Below are positions 47,416 through 58,579 of a stretch of DNA of 64,000 nucleotides, one piece after another. How positions within the stretch are numbered: position 1 is the first letter of the stretch; each line of letters opens with the position of its first letter. The notes below the pieces were generated by a model, which was not told where the DNA came from, did no database searches, and was given only the letters and a program-made list of their open reading frames with translations. Source of the DNA: Dehalococcoidia bacterium (GTDB taxonomy: Bacteria > Chloroflexota > Dehalococcoidia > UBA2979); NCBI GenBank assembly GCA_965219085.1, contig OZ244720.1, positions 707,684 through 771,683 on the forward strand, given 5' to 3'. The position numbers were made by a program, and so were the translations under genes.

Positions 47416-47568
47416 CTACTCAAGCATGTCGTCGAGCGCTTCGGCCGCCGCGTCCTGTTGGCCAGGCAGCACATGGGTGTAGACGTCGAGCGTGAACGCT
47501 GCACGAGAGTGCCCGAGCCGCTGCGCAACCGTCTTGGGGTCGACGCCTGCCCGGATCCATTGGCTAGC
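47416..47568 (-). pseudogene. C-terminal fragment of a tyrosine integrase, truncated by the IS481-family insertion
   Basis: It has LGHSRAAFTLDVYTHVLPGQQ, the catalytic Tyr region. It is adjacent to tRNA-Glu. Confidence 0.55.
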
Positions 47569-48638
47569 TGTAGTTCCCACGTAGGTTGTTGACACCTGCA
47601 GGGCGTCTTGAACCCTGCAGGGGTTGCTCGTGAAGGGAGCCTCCGGGAGAAGGTGTGAGTAACAAGCCAGCACCTTGCACCTGGAGGCTCCGATGCATCG
47701 TAACGCCCGACTGACCTTCCTCGCCCGCCGCACGATGGTGGAACGCATCGCCGCGGGCCGCGCGGTCGCGCACGTCGCCGCCGAGATGGGCGTCTCCCGT
47801 CCGACCGCCTACAAGTGGTGGCGACGCTGGCTGGAGGAGGGCGAGGCCGGTCTCGAGGACCGCCCCAGCCGCCCGCGACGCTCCCCGGCGCGTGTCCCGG
47901 CACGGCTGGAGCGCGCGATCGAGCGCCTGCGCCGCCGCGAGAAGCTCGGTCCGGCACGCATCGGCTTCCGCCTCGGGATGCACGCCTCCACCGTCCACCG
48001 CGTGCTGTGCCGCCGCGGCCTCAACCGCCTCGCCTGGCTCGACCGCCCGAGCGGGCAGCGGATCCGCCGCCCCCGGCGCTACGAGCATGCCCGCCCGGGC
48101 GACCTGCTGCACATCGACGTCAAGAAGCTGGGGCGCATGCCCCCGGGCGGCGGCTGGCGCGCCCACGGACGGGGCCAGGCGCCGCGCAGCCGCGCCGGCT
48201 ACGCCTTCATCCACTCCGCCGTGGACGACCACACGCGCCTCGCCTACAGCGAGATCCTCGCGGACGAGCGCGCCGTCAGCGCAGCCGCCTTCCTGCAGCG
48301 GGCGTGGGCCTGGTTCGCCGAGCTCGGCATCGAGGTGCGGGCCGTGCTCACCGATAATGGCGGCGCCTACAAGAGCCGCCTGTTCAGCTCCGCCTGCCGC
48401 CTCAGCGGCGGGCGGGCGAAGCGGACCCGGCCCTACCGCCCGCAAACCAACGGCAAGGTCGAGCGCTTCCACCGCACGCTGCTCGAGGAGTGGGCCTACG
48501 TCCGCGTCTACCGCAGCGAGGCCGAACGCGCAGCCGCCCTCGGACCTTCGCTGCACCGCTACAATCATCACCGTTGCCACACCGCGATCGGAGGTGAACC
48601 CCCGATCAGCCGTGTCAACAACGTCCCGGGACACTACA
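47569..48638 (+). mobile_element. IS481-family insertion sequence (about 1070 bp)
   Basis: Imperfect terminal inverted repeats of about 28 bp are tgtagttcccacgtaggttgttgacac on the left and the reverse complement of gtgtcaacaacgtcccgggacactaca on the right. Confidence 0.7.
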
Positions 48639-48643
48639 CCTGA
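47693..48643 (+). CDS. IS481-family DDE transposase
   Basis: It has an MHRNARLT-type N-terminal HTH and an rve-type DDE core (LLHIDVKKLG...DNGGAY...NGKVERF). Confidence 0.8.
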   Translation: MHRNARLTFLARRTMVERIAAGRAVAHVAAEMGVSRPTAYKWWRRWLEEGEAGLEDRPSRPRRSPARVPARLERAIERLRRREKLGPARIGFRLGMHASTVHRVLCRRGLNRLAWLDRPSGQRIRRPRRYEHARPGDLLHIDVKKLGRMPPGGGWRAHGRGQAPRSRAGYAFIHSAVDDHTRLAYSEILADERAVSAAAFLQRAWAWFAELGIEVRAVLTDNGGAYKSRLFSSACRLSGGRAKRTRPYRPQTNGKVERFHRTLLEEWAYVRVYRSEAERAAALGPSLHRYNHHRCHTAIGGEPPISRVNNVPGHYT

Positions 48644-48960
48644 TATGGAGTGACCGGCTGTCAAGCAGCACCGGCGGTGGTCGTGGCGATCCGGCTCCGG
48701 AACGGGGGGAGATGGACGAACGAGGGCGCTGCTTCGACGACGTGTCACTCTGATATTCGCGGGTTGCCTGTGGCCTTGCCGCATGACCGTGCTTCGCCGG
48801 GAGGGGTCGCCGTCTAGCATCGCGGGTTGACGGCGCCGGGCGCCGCTGCCGCATAGGTGTACCGCGCATCCTCCTGAGCCTGCCCTCGCTCATCCACCCC
48901 CTCCTGCTCCGGAACGGCGTACCGCCGTCTCCGCCCTCGCCGCGGACCGGGCGCGTTGTA

Positions 48961-50097
48961 TCAGGCCGCCGCCTGCTCCCGGGCGCCGGCCTTCGGCTCT
49001 CCCGCGGATGCGGGGATACGCCGCAGCACCGCCCACAGGTAGCCCGCAAGTTCGCGGGCGACGGCGGTGTTCGCCACGACCGACGGCTTGCCGTGAGCGG
49101 CCAGCCGCCGGTGGCGGCGATAGAGCCGGGTCTGCGCCCGGTCGGCCAGCACCACGGCCCAGCCCGGCTGGCCCTCCCGCCGCTTGCGCAGGGCTGCGCC
49201 GACCCGCGGCGGGTGGCGGTAGTGCCAGGCGCTCTCCACCAGGATGCGGCGCACGTGGCTGTTCCCTGTCTTCGTGATCGGCCCCCGCCGCTGGCGCGCC
49301 CCGCTGCTGTGCTCGCTCGGCGTCAGCCCGAGGTAGGACATCAGCTGCCGGGCGCTGCCGAAGCGCGTGACGTCGCCGAGTTCGGCCAGCACCGTCATCG
49401 CCGTCACCGTGTCGACCCCGCGGAAGCAGCGCAGCAGCCCCACCGCCTCGCGGTAGTCGTCGCTGGCGGCACACGCGGCCAGTTCCTGCTCCAGCGTGCG
49501 CAGCCGCTCCTCCACGCCCTCGAGCGCGCGCAGGTAGTCGTCGAAGGTGGCCTGCGCGGCCGGGTGTTCGAAGCGCAGCGTCAGCAGCCAGCGGCGGTGC
49601 CGCAGCGTCCAGTTCCGCCCGTCGTAGGCGATGCCGCGCCGCAGCAGCAGCTTCGCCAGGCGGTGGCGCGCCCGCGTGCGGTCGGTCACGGCGTCCTCGC
49701 GCGCCCGGCAGAGGTCGCGCACCGCCTCCTGGTCGATGGTCGGGGGATGCACCGCCGTGAGCAGGTCCGCGCGCAGCAGCTCGGCGAGCTTCCGTGCGTC
49801 GCGACGGTCGGTCTTGACGCGGTCGCCGGGTCGCCTGGGGATCAGCGCCGGGGCGATCACCCGGCATTCGACGCCCTCGGCCTCCAGCCGGCGCTGCAGC
49901 GCGAAGCCGCCCGGCCCGGCCTCGTAGCAGGCCACGAGCGGCCCCGGCGCCATGCGCCGCAGGCGCTGCGCGAGCCGCTTCACCGCCTTCGGCTCGTTCG
50001 CCAGCTGCCACTCCTCGGGCCGCTCGGCCCCCGGCGCCAGCACCGCCACGTGGATCGCCCGCGCGTGTGCATCCATCCCTGCGTATGTGGTAGTCAT
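48961..50097 (-). CDS. IS110-family transposase, copy 2; its C-terminus is supplied by flanking DNA
   Basis: The protein is identical to copy 1 up to ...YLWAVLRRIP. Confidence 0.75.
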   Translation of the reverse strand: MTTTYAGMDAHARAIHVAVLAPGAERPEEWQLANEPKAVKRLAQRLRRMAPGPLVACYEAGPGGFALQRRLEAEGVECRVIAPALIPRRPGDRVKTDRRDARKLAELLRADLLTAVHPPTIDQEAVRDLCRAREDAVTDRTRARHRLAKLLLRRGIAYDGRNWTLRHRRWLLTLRFEHPAAQATFDDYLRALEGVEERLRTLEQELAACAASDDYREAVGLLRCFRGVDTVTAMTVLAELGDVTRFGSARQLMSYLGLTPSEHSSGARQRRGPITKTGNSHVRRILVESAWHYRHPPRVGAALRKRREGQPGWAVVLADRAQTRLYRRHRRLAAHGKPSVVANTAVARELAGYLWAVLRRIPASAGEPKAGAREQAAA

Positions 50098-50194
50098 CTT
50101 CCTGACCGGCTCCTTTCGCATGCGGCTCTGCATGCCTCGCGTCTGTAACCCGCGAGTTTGCGAACTCGGAGCCGGTCACTCCATACGGTCTAGG
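49010..50194 (-). mobile_element. IS110-family insertion sequence, copy 2, identical to copy 1 and inverted
   Basis: Nucleotide identity to 43572-44754. Its left end directly abuts the IS5 inverted repeat at 50195. Confidence 0.75.
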
Positions 50195-51374
50195 GATGGT
50201 CTGAACAACTCGCCTGAGCGGGTGAGCAGATGCGATCATGGGGCGACCCGGAGAGGGGCGGCCCATGCAGCAGCGTTCGTTCGGCAGCGTCGAGTACGAG
50301 CACAAGAAGGTCAAGACGAGGCGGCAGGCGTTCCTCGAGCGCATGGACGGGCTCGTCCCCTGGGCTGAGCTGGAGCAGCGCATCGCGCCCGTCTACCCGA
50401 AGCGCGGCCGCGGACGCCGCCCCTACGCGCTGCGCGTGATGCTGCGCATCCACTGCCTGCAGCTCTGGTTCAACCTCAGCGACCCCGGCATGGAGCAGGA
50501 ACTCTACGACTCCCGCTCGATGCTCGAGTTCGCCGGTCTCAGCCTCTCCGAGCCGATCCCCGATGAGACGACGATCCTCAACTTCCGCCACCTGCTGGAG
50601 CGCCATCAGCTGGGAACGGCGCTGTTCGCGACGATCAACGCGCACCTGGCACGGCAGGGGCTGCAGGTGTGCGAGGGCACGATCGTGGACTCCACGATCA
50701 TCAGCGCGCCGTCATCGACGAAGAACCGCGAGCGTGCGCGCGACCCCGAGATGCACCAGACCAGCAAGGGCCGGCAGTGGTACTTCGGGATGAAGCTGCA
50801 CGCCGGCACGGATGCGCGGACGGGGCTGGTCCACAGCGTGAGCACGACGGCGGCGAACGTCTCAGACGTGACCGAGGCGCATCGCCTCTTGCACGGCGGC
50901 GAGACGGAGGCGTGGGGCGATGCCGGCTACCAGGGAGTGGAGAAGCGCCCGGAGCACGCGGGGTCGGAGGTGAGCTGGCAGGTGGCGATGCGTCCGGGTC
51001 TCAGGCGGCAGCTGGCGCCGGGGGGCGAGGAGGCGCAGGCGGAGCGGCGCAAGGCCTCGGTGCGCGCCAAGGCTGAGCATCCGTTTCTCTACGTGAAGCG
51101 GCACTTCGGGTACGCGCAGGTCCGCTACCGGGGTCTTGAGAAGAACCGCCAGCGTCTCATGCTGCTGCTCGGTTTCACGAACCTGTTGCGAGCCGAGCCT
51201 CAGCTCGCCTGATCGCGGGAGCGCTGCGTCCGGAATCGCTCCCGCAGGCGAGCCCGCAGCGGAGTGGGAACGGGATCGCCCCCTGAACCGCGGCATCGGC
51301 CCCCGCAGCGCGGCTCGGCACGCCGATCGGCCCGCACCGCGCCCGATACGCCACCTGTTCAGACCTTCCCTAGG
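50195..51374 (+). mobile_element. IS5-family insertion sequence (about 1180 bp)
   Basis: Terminal inverted repeats are GGATGGTCTGAACA on the left and the reverse complement GGAAGGTCTGAACA on the right. Confidence 0.7.
50265..51212 (+). CDS. IS5-family DDE transposase
   Basis: It has the DDE_Tnp_1 motifs DSTIISAPSSTKN and GDAGYQGV...YRGLEKN. Confidence 0.8.
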   Translation: MQQRSFGSVEYEHKKVKTRRQAFLERMDGLVPWAELEQRIAPVYPKRGRGRRPYALRVMLRIHCLQLWFNLSDPGMEQELYDSRSMLEFAGLSLSEPIPDETTILNFRHLLERHQLGTALFATINAHLARQGLQVCEGTIVDSTIISAPSSTKNRERARDPEMHQTSKGRQWYFGMKLHAGTDARTGLVHSVSTTAANVSDVTEAHRLLHGGETEAWGDAGYQGVEKRPEHAGSEVSWQVAMRPGLRRQLAPGGEEAQAERRKASVRAKAEHPFLYVKRHFGYAQVRYRGLEKNRQRLMLLLGFTNLLRAEPQLA

Positions 51375-51516
51375 TCATCGACGGGCTGGACACAGCAGCC
51401 CATGCTGCCATCGCAGCAGCGCCGACATGGCGACGCGGGCGTGCAAAAGGGGTCTTCCCGGTTCTACGTAATGCTCTCGTCCTGAGGCCCCCCGAGCGGG
51501 GGCCAGGGATCAGTCC

Positions 51517-51880
51517 TTGGGGGCTCCCGCAGCCACGCCGGAATGTCTCGCACCGCATGCGCCGCTGGTGGCCCAGAGCAACGGACCGCCCTGGGTGGAC
51601 CCATTCGGGGACGACGACCGCCAGACGTGGGCGGAGTGCCTGCGCGGCGAGGTCGCCGAGGGCTTCAGCCGCGTCGTCTTCGAGGGGGCAGCGTCGACGA
51701 CCTCGTGGCCTGCTCGGAGCGCCTGCAGGTGACGGCCCTCTACGCCCTGCACGACGGCGGGTGGGTCTCCTGCATCCTCGGCGCGCCGGAGTGGGTGAAC
51801 GCCGAGTTCCGGGAGTTGTTCGCCGAGGGCGTTCCCTCGATCACGCCGCTCGTCGTCAGGAGTGAGGGGCCTCCGGAAGC
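51517..51880 (+). pseudogene. Orphan, frameshifted 3' fragment encoding the adhesin C-terminal Cys domain; it begins right at the IS5 right end
   Basis: QTWAECLRGEVAEGFSRVVFEGA, then after a frameshift VDDLVACSERLQVTALYALHDGGWVSCILGAPEWVNAEFRELFAEGVPSITPLV, match the domains at 10681-11224. Confidence 0.6.
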
Positions 51881-51941
51881 CAACTGCCTGAGCTTGGCGG
51901 GTTCGAGCGCTGCAAGAGTTGCTCAAACGCAGCCCGCGTGG

Positions 51942-52598
51942 TCAGTCATCCAACAGACCGTTCCGCACGGCCCAGACCACGATCTCCTGCTTCGTGGCAA
52001 CGCCGAGCTTGTTCTGAATCGTGTAGATGGCGTTCCTGATGGTGACGGGCTTGACTCCCCTGGCCTCCGCAATCGCGCTGTATGACGTGCCCCGGGAGAA
52101 CGCCGCCAGTATCTCCCGCTCCCTCCGCGTCAGCTCGTCGTGCTGCTCGTCAACTTCCGCCCCGCTTCGTATCCGGCCGAATACCCGCCTCACCACCTCG
52201 TTCGGCACATGCATCTCACCGGCAGCCACGACCTTCACCGTGCTCAGGAGCTGGTCCATTCCGGATGTCTTCTGAAGATAGCCGGTCGCACCGGCGGCCA
52301 GCGCCTCGATCACCGCGTCCTCCTCGGTTGAGGCGGTCAGCATGATCACTCGTGTGTCGGGCGCGGAATCCATGATCTCCCGGCACGCCTCCACGCCGTC
52401 CTTCCCGGGCATCATGACGTCCATGACGACCACGTCGGGTGACAGTTCTGAGGCTGCTCGCACCGCCTCCACTCCGTCCCTGGCCTGTCCGACCACCTCG
52501 AACTCCTCAGTCTGCTCGAGCATCGACTGGAGACCTTCCAGCATGATCGAATGGTCGTCGACGAGCAGGACCCTGATGCGGCTAGACTCTGTCGACAC
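51942..52598 (-). CDS. NarL/LuxR-family response regulator
   Basis: The receiver domain has IRVLLVDDH and a conserved Asp. The C-terminus has a LuxR HTH. Confidence 0.85.
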   Translation of the reverse strand: MSTESSRIRVLLVDDHSIMLEGLQSMLEQTEEFEVVGQARDGVEAVRAASELSPDVVVMDVMMPGKDGVEACREIMDSAPDTRVIMLTASTEEDAVIEALAAGATGYLQKTSGMDQLLSTVKVVAAGEMHVPNEVVRRVFGRIRSGAEVDEQHDELTRREREILAAFSRGTSYSAIAEARGVKPVTIRNAIYTIQNKLGVATKQEIVVWAVRNGLLDD

Positions 52599-52599
52599 G

Positions 52600-53856
52600 C
52601 TACGCCTCCTGTACCTCGCGACCCAACGGCATCACGCAGGTGACGCACGCGCCACCATCCGGCCCCCGGGGCTCGACGATGAGGCGTCCGCCCAGGCGCT
52701 CGGCGCCCGCGCGCATGTTTGCGAAGCCGTGGCCGCGCTCCTCGTAGTCGCCGGGAAGTCCCGGCCCGTCGTCCGACACCGAGAGCCTGATCTCACGCCG
52801 TCCGAAGTCGAGCCCGATCAGCACCCTGCTCGCGTCGGCATGGCGGAAGGCGTTGGTGAGGGCGTTGTGGGCGATCGTGAACAGCACACTCCTCGCCTCG
52901 ATCGGAAGAGGCGGCTCCACGCCGTTCTGCGTCAGCTCCGCCGGCACCGAGGTAACGGATGTGAACGTCGCAACGTGGGAGTCCAGGGTCCTGCCCAGCT
53001 CCCTGCCGTCGAATATGCGGCCCATGTCTATCGGGTGTCTCAGCTGCCAGATGGCGGTCTTCGACAGCAGGGAGGTCGCTTCGAGCCTGGCGCTGAGCTC
53101 CTCATTGGAGTCCCCGGCAAGCCGCCTGGCGGCATCGATACCCAGGCCGATCAGGTACGCGGACTGCGCCGTCGTGTCGTGAACGGACTGGGAGAGCTCG
53201 ATCCGCTCGCGTTGAAGTACCTGCTCCCGTTCCGCCGCGGCCCTCCACCTGGTCCGCTCGAAGCCGACGATCAGGTTGACCGATGCAGCCACCGCGTACA
53301 TGACGAAGAGTCTGGCCAGGAGGGGCTTCTCGTCGCGTACCCCTGTGTCGATTCCGTCCCCAACCGAGAGGCTAATCGCAAGATAGAGGAGGGCCACGCT
53401 CGTCACACAGGCCATGGTCAGCCTGAACGACGTGAAGACCACCGCGTACCCGGCCAGCGGGGGGTAGTAGAGCAGGTGCAGGAAGTAGTGGTTGAACCCT
53501 CCCCCGACCACCGTGGCGCCCGAGATCATAGTGAGATCCATCACGGCGAGCGCGACGAGCCAGCGCCAGGTGATGGCCGTGTTCGCGAGCCGGTAGTGCG
53601 TGTATCCGTTGAACGCGACCAGCAGCAGGGCCAGCGGTACATACACGACGTACATCTCCGGCCAACCCACAGGCCGGTAGGCCAGCTGCACGAGCACGAA
53701 CGCGACCACGAACCAGTGCAGCCAGACCAGGACGGTCGCGACGTATCTCAGCCCGTCCGGGTCGAGCCGGATGAGCGCCGAGCCGCTGAGCCGGACGGCG
53801 CTGGAGGGTGTCCCGATCGGGTCCAAGCCCCGGCTCTGGCGGTGCGCCTGAGACAT
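52600..53856 (-). CDS. Sensor histidine kinase (HisKA_3/DesK-NarX type)
   Basis: It has N-terminal TM helices, an H-box (SVHDTTAQSAY) and HATPase_c (DDGPGLP...GHGFANMRAGAERLGG). Confidence 0.8.
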   Translation of the reverse strand: MSQAHRQSRGLDPIGTPSSAVRLSGSALIRLDPDGLRYVATVLVWLHWFVVAFVLVQLAYRPVGWPEMYVVYVPLALLLVAFNGYTHYRLANTAITWRWLVALAVMDLTMISGATVVGGGFNHYFLHLLYYPPLAGYAVVFTSFRLTMACVTSVALLYLAISLSVGDGIDTGVRDEKPLLARLFVMYAVAASVNLIVGFERTRWRAAAEREQVLQRERIELSQSVHDTTAQSAYLIGLGIDAARRLAGDSNEELSARLEATSLLSKTAIWQLRHPIDMGRIFDGRELGRTLDSHVATFTSVTSVPAELTQNGVEPPLPIEARSVLFTIAHNALTNAFRHADASRVLIGLDFGRREIRLSVSDDGPGLPGDYEERGHGFANMRAGAERLGGRLIVEPRGPDGGACVTCVMPLGREVQEA

Positions 53857-54533
53857 GTTCTCCCCGGGATGCACACGAGAGCAGGGAGCATCTAGCTGGT
53901 CCAAGCAGTGCACCCCTGCCTGCAAATCTCGCTGACGCGGGTTGAGTCCACAAGAGCAGGCGTACCTGTCTCAGTCGCAGAAGGGCACTCCCTCAGAGCA
54001 AACAAACTTGCCTCCTCATTGTGTCGCTCGGCACTTACCAGTAGCTCGAGCGATCTTCACGATCGACCGGACACGGAGTGGATCGTTTCGTCCAACCAGC
54101 CGGACCAGGGGTAGGCGCGCGGACACCCCAGACCGTGCGTGGAAGGCATTCAGATGGCGCTCGGCAGACCAGTCGATGCACCTGTAGGCGCGGGCGGAAC
54201 GCCGGCCCCGGCCGTCGTTGCGCCGCTCGGTGTGGCCACCGTGCACGTCGAAGCACTGACCCCCTTTTTATGTCATCTATTCGTCGGCTGTCAATGACGC
54301 CTGCTGCGTCCGATCCCGCCAGGCCGCACCTCGGCACCGCGCCTGCTGGAGTAGTGCGCCATGGCCTCTAGCCGACAGGCCGCCGCTCGCGCCGTCCGGA
54401 ACGTCCCCCTGACGTGGGCCCGTCGCACCGTCCCATCTCGCTGGTGCTGGCTGCGCTCGCCTTCACATGCATGCTGTCGGGCACCCGCACGAGTTCGCTG
54501 ACGGCCTGAGGCTACAGCTGGTAGGTCAGCGGC

Positions 54534-57500
54534 ATGGGTGAGCTGAGCGAGGACACGTTCAGCTGGGGGGACCAGACGATCGAGGTGAAGCCGGTGTTGC
54601 TGCAGTCCGGCCACCTGCTGCTGAGCGTAGCGCCGGAGCCGGCCGACGGGTTCGTGCTCGACATGGACGGAACGGGGTTTGCCTCGGCCGACGCCACGTT
54701 GCGCCGGAATGACACGTTGATTGGGTACCTCTGGACGGCCCCGGACCTGAGCTGGGCGAAGGACGACACGGTCGCGCTGCGCCTGAGCTGGGTGGAGGCG
54801 GAGGAGGACCCCGCGTCGGCGCAGGAAGTGGTGACGGTGGTGAAGGATGCGACGGCGACACCCACACCGACACCCACGCCGACCCCCACACCCACGCCAA
54901 CGCCCACGGCCCCGCCGGCCCGGCCCACGGGACTCTCCGCCACGGCCTCCCCTGGCGCGATCGCGCTGAGCTGGGATGACCCGTCCGACGCGACCATCAC
55001 GCACTACGAGGTGTTCCGGCGGGACACCACGATCCACGCGCTCGGGGAGTTCATCACGCTCGAGGCGAACACGGGCTCGGCGGCCACCACCTACACGGAA
55101 GTGAGCGTGGAGCCAGAGCGCAAGTACGTGTACCGGGTGAAGGCCGTGAACGCCCACAGCGCCAGCCAGTGGTCGAGCTTCGCCAGCGCCACCACCCCGC
55201 CCGCGCCCGTCCCGCCTGCCACCGAGGACCTGGCCGCAGCCGGCCTCACCGCCACGCTTCCCGAAGGCGGCGGCGTGGCCCTGAGCTGGACCGCTCCGGT
55301 GGAGGACGCCGATAGCGTCACCGGCTACGAGGTCCTGCGCGCGGTGGGCAACGGGGAGCTGACCACCCTGGTCTCCGACACCGGGAACACAGCCACCAGC
55401 TACACCGACGCGACCGCGACCGCGACCGCGACCGCGACCGAGGCGGGCGAGACCTATGCCTCCCAGGTGAAGGCGATCCGGGGCGAGGAGCGCAGTCAGC
55501 CATCGGGCGAGGCCCAGGTGCAGGTCCCCCACGCCGCCGCCGACCTCGCCCCCAGCGGGCTGACCGCCACGCTGGTCGAAGGCGGCGGCATGAGCCTGAG
55601 CTGGACCGCGCCGGCGGAGGACGCCGCCAGCGTCAGCGGCTACGAGATCCTGCGCGCCGTGGGCGACGGAGCGCTGACCACGGTGGTGTCCGACACCGGG
55701 AACACGGCCACCGCCTACACGGACGCCACCGCGACCGAGGGGGGCCAGACCTACACCTACGAGGTGAAGGCGATCCGGGGCGAGGAGCGCAGCCAGGCCT
55801 CGGGCGAGGCCCGGGTCCAGGTCCCCCATGACGCCGTTGACCGCGCCCCCAGCGGTCTGACCGCCACGCTTGTCGAAGGCGGCGGCGTGAGCCTGACATG
55901 GGCCGCCCCGGCGGAGGACGCCGACAGCGTCAGCAGCTACGAGATCCTGCGCGCCGTGGGCGACGGCGAGCCGGCCACGCTCGTGGCCGACACCAGTTCC
56001 ACGGCTAGCACGTACGCCGACGCCACGGCGACCGAGGCGGGGGAGACCTACGCCTACCGTGTGAAGGCCATCCGGGACGAGGACCGCAGCGGGGCGTCCG
56101 GCGAGGCCCAGGTCCAGATCCCCCATGCCGCCGTTGACCGCGCCCCCAGCGGCCTCGTCGCCACGCTGGTCGAAGGCGGCGGGGTGAGCCTGAGCTGGAC
56201 GGCCCCGGCGGAGGACGCCGACAGCGTGACCGGCTACGAGATCCTGCGCGCTAAGGGCCAAGGCGGGCTGGCCACGCTGGTCGCCGACACCCAGTCCACG
56301 TGACCACCCATACGGACGCTGCGGTTACGGAGGCCGGCGAGTCCTACACCTACGAGGTCAAGGCCATCCACGGCACCGAGAAGAGCGACGCCTCCAACCA
56401 GGCCGTGGTGGCCGTGCCACAGGCCGCCGAAGATCTGGCTCCCTCCAACCTGACAGCCGCGGTTGCCGAAGGCGGCGGCGTGACTCTGAGCTGGACCGCC
56501 CCTGCGCAGGACGCCGACGGCGTCAGCGGCTACGAGATCCTGCGCGCCGTGGGCGGGGGAGAGCTGACCACCCTCGTGTCCGACACCGAGTCCACCGACG
56601 CGACCTACACCGACGTCACCGCGACCGGGGCGGGCGAGACCTACGCCTACCAGGTGAAGGCCGTCCGCGGCGAGGACCGCAGCGAGCCCTCGGCCGAAGC
56701 TTCGGTCGCCCTGCTCGCGGCCGCCGTCGCGGCGTGCGAGTTCGATGCCGAGGGCGGTGATCTGCCCGCGGACAGGAGCACGGCCTGCACGCTCGAGGTC
56801 GGCGGTTCCGTGCGCGGCGAGCGCGGAGCGGCCAGCGATGTCGACTGGGTCCGGGTCGACCTGCAAGCCCTCGCCACCTACCAGTTCGACATGCGCGGCA
56901 AGTCGACCGGCTCCTGGCAGCTGGTCGACGGCGTGCCCGCCTTCGTCTCCGTGGGCACACTGGAGGATCCAAAGCTGCTGGGCATCTACGACGCCAGCGG
57001 CGCCCTGGTCGCGGGCACGGACTCGGAGGTGGCGGGCACGGGCAAGGACAGCCGCATCGCGTCGTTCAGTCCCGCCGCCGACGGCGTCTATTACATCTCC
57101 GCCTCGGCCGAGGGCGCCTGGACGGGAACCTACGAACTCTCGCTGACGGTGACGGCCGGCACGCACGTGGCGGATCTGGCGTTGCTCGCCCCGACCGGCC
57201 TGACCGCCACCATTGCCGACGGCGGCGGATACACGCTGACGTGGACGGCCCCCGCGGAGGCGGCCGATTCGGTCACCGGCTACGAGATCCTGCGCGCCGT
57301 CGGCGAGGGAGCGCTGAGGACCCTCGTCGCCGACACCCGGTCTACGGCGACCGCCTACACGGACGCGACCGCCAGTCAACCGGGGACGAGCTACGCCTAC
57401 CGCGCGATCGCCCTGCGCGACGGGGTGAAGAGCCAGCAGTCCAACGAGGCATCGGTCGACCTGCCGGTACGCGGCGGCGTGACGCTGACCTGCCCCGCGA

Positions 57501-58345
57501 CCGACACCGATTGCAGCGGGACGGGACCGGCGGACCTGGCGGTCACGAAGACGGCCGCCGGGCTGCGGCTGAGCTGGAACCCGCCGCCGGAACCGACGCT
57601 GACCGGCGCCGAGACGACGGTGCTGCAGTACCAGATCATGCGCTCGCCGGGCGATGACGACTACGGCCTCATGACCCGCGTCGACGCCGATGCGCGCAGC
57701 TACCTCGACACCACGGCGCGGCGCGGCCAGTACCGCTGCCAGGTGCGCGCGATCTATTTCGTGAACGAGGCCTGCGCCTCGCTGCGTGACATCGATGTGG
57801 ACCTGATGATCGGCGGGACCGAGTACGAGCCGGTCGACGGGCTGAGGTCGGACGGCACGACGCTGTGGGCCAGCGACCGTAGCAGGGCCGCCATTCTTGC
57901 GTTCAGGCTGTCAGACGGCGTCCGCGACGGTAGCAGGGACATCATCGCCGAGGACAACTCAGACCCCCGTGGTCTGTGGGGGCGCGAGGGCACGCTCTGG
58001 GCGCTGACCGAGTCCGGGTCCGGGAGCACGAAGATCACGCTGGATGGCTACTCCCTCACCGACGGGACATTCGGTAACCGCACGGCGCGGCTCACGCTGG
58101 GGCCCAAGGCGGACACCACCGGTGCGCCGACATCGGGATACGGACTGTGGGCGGACGAGGACACCTTCTGGATATCGGAGGTGCCGTCCTCGTCCCTCTT
58201 CGCCTACGACTGGGCCGACAGCGGGACGCTGGCCAGGAACCCGGGGAAGGAGCTGAGCCCGAGCATATCGTACGCCAGCCTCTCCACATCGATGTGGGGC
58301 GATGGGACGACGATGTGGATGGCCACCTCGCTCTCCGGGTCTTGA
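54534..58345 (+). CDS. Second giant surface protein (FN3 repeats plus NHL-like propeller). It is frameshifted at about 56295-56303 and 3'-truncated by the IS5 fragment
   Basis: There are eight or more FN3 units (LSWTAPAEDADSVTGYEILRA...YRVKAIRGE). The repeat unit continues across the TGA at 56301 in the +1 frame. Propeller blades run 57800-58345 and the ORF ends inside the IS5-derived sequence. Confidence 0.6.
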
Positions 58346-58578
58346 GAAGAACCGCTAGCGTCTCATGCTGCTGCTCGGCTTCACGAACCTGTTGCGAGCC
58401 GAGCCTCAGCTCGCCTGATCGCGGGAGCGCTGCGTCCGAAATCGCTCCCGCAGGCGAGCCCGCAGCGGAATGGGAACGGGATCGCCCCCTGAACCGCGGC
58501 ATCGGCCCCCGCAGCGCGGCTCGGGACGCCGATCGGCCCGCACCGCGCCCGATACGCCACCTGTTCAGACCTTCCCTA
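58342..58578 (+). mobile_element. Orphan 3'-terminal fragment (about 237 bp) of the IS5-family element
   Basis: It is about 97% identical to 51139-51375 and ends in the same right inverted repeat (cacctgttcagaccttccc). Confidence 0.8.
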
Positions 58579-58579
58579 A

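Noticed and set aside
48890-50383. 497-aa minus-strand ORF overlapping IS110 copy 2
   Set aside because: It is an alternative frame of the transposase locus. The DEDD transposase frame (48961-50097) carries the conserved motifs.
51543-52085. 180-aa plus-strand ORF running from the orphan C-terminal domain into the response-regulator locus
   Set aside because: Its downstream half is antisense to the NarL/LuxR response regulator. Only the first about 120 codons are genuine homology to the adhesin C-terminal domain.
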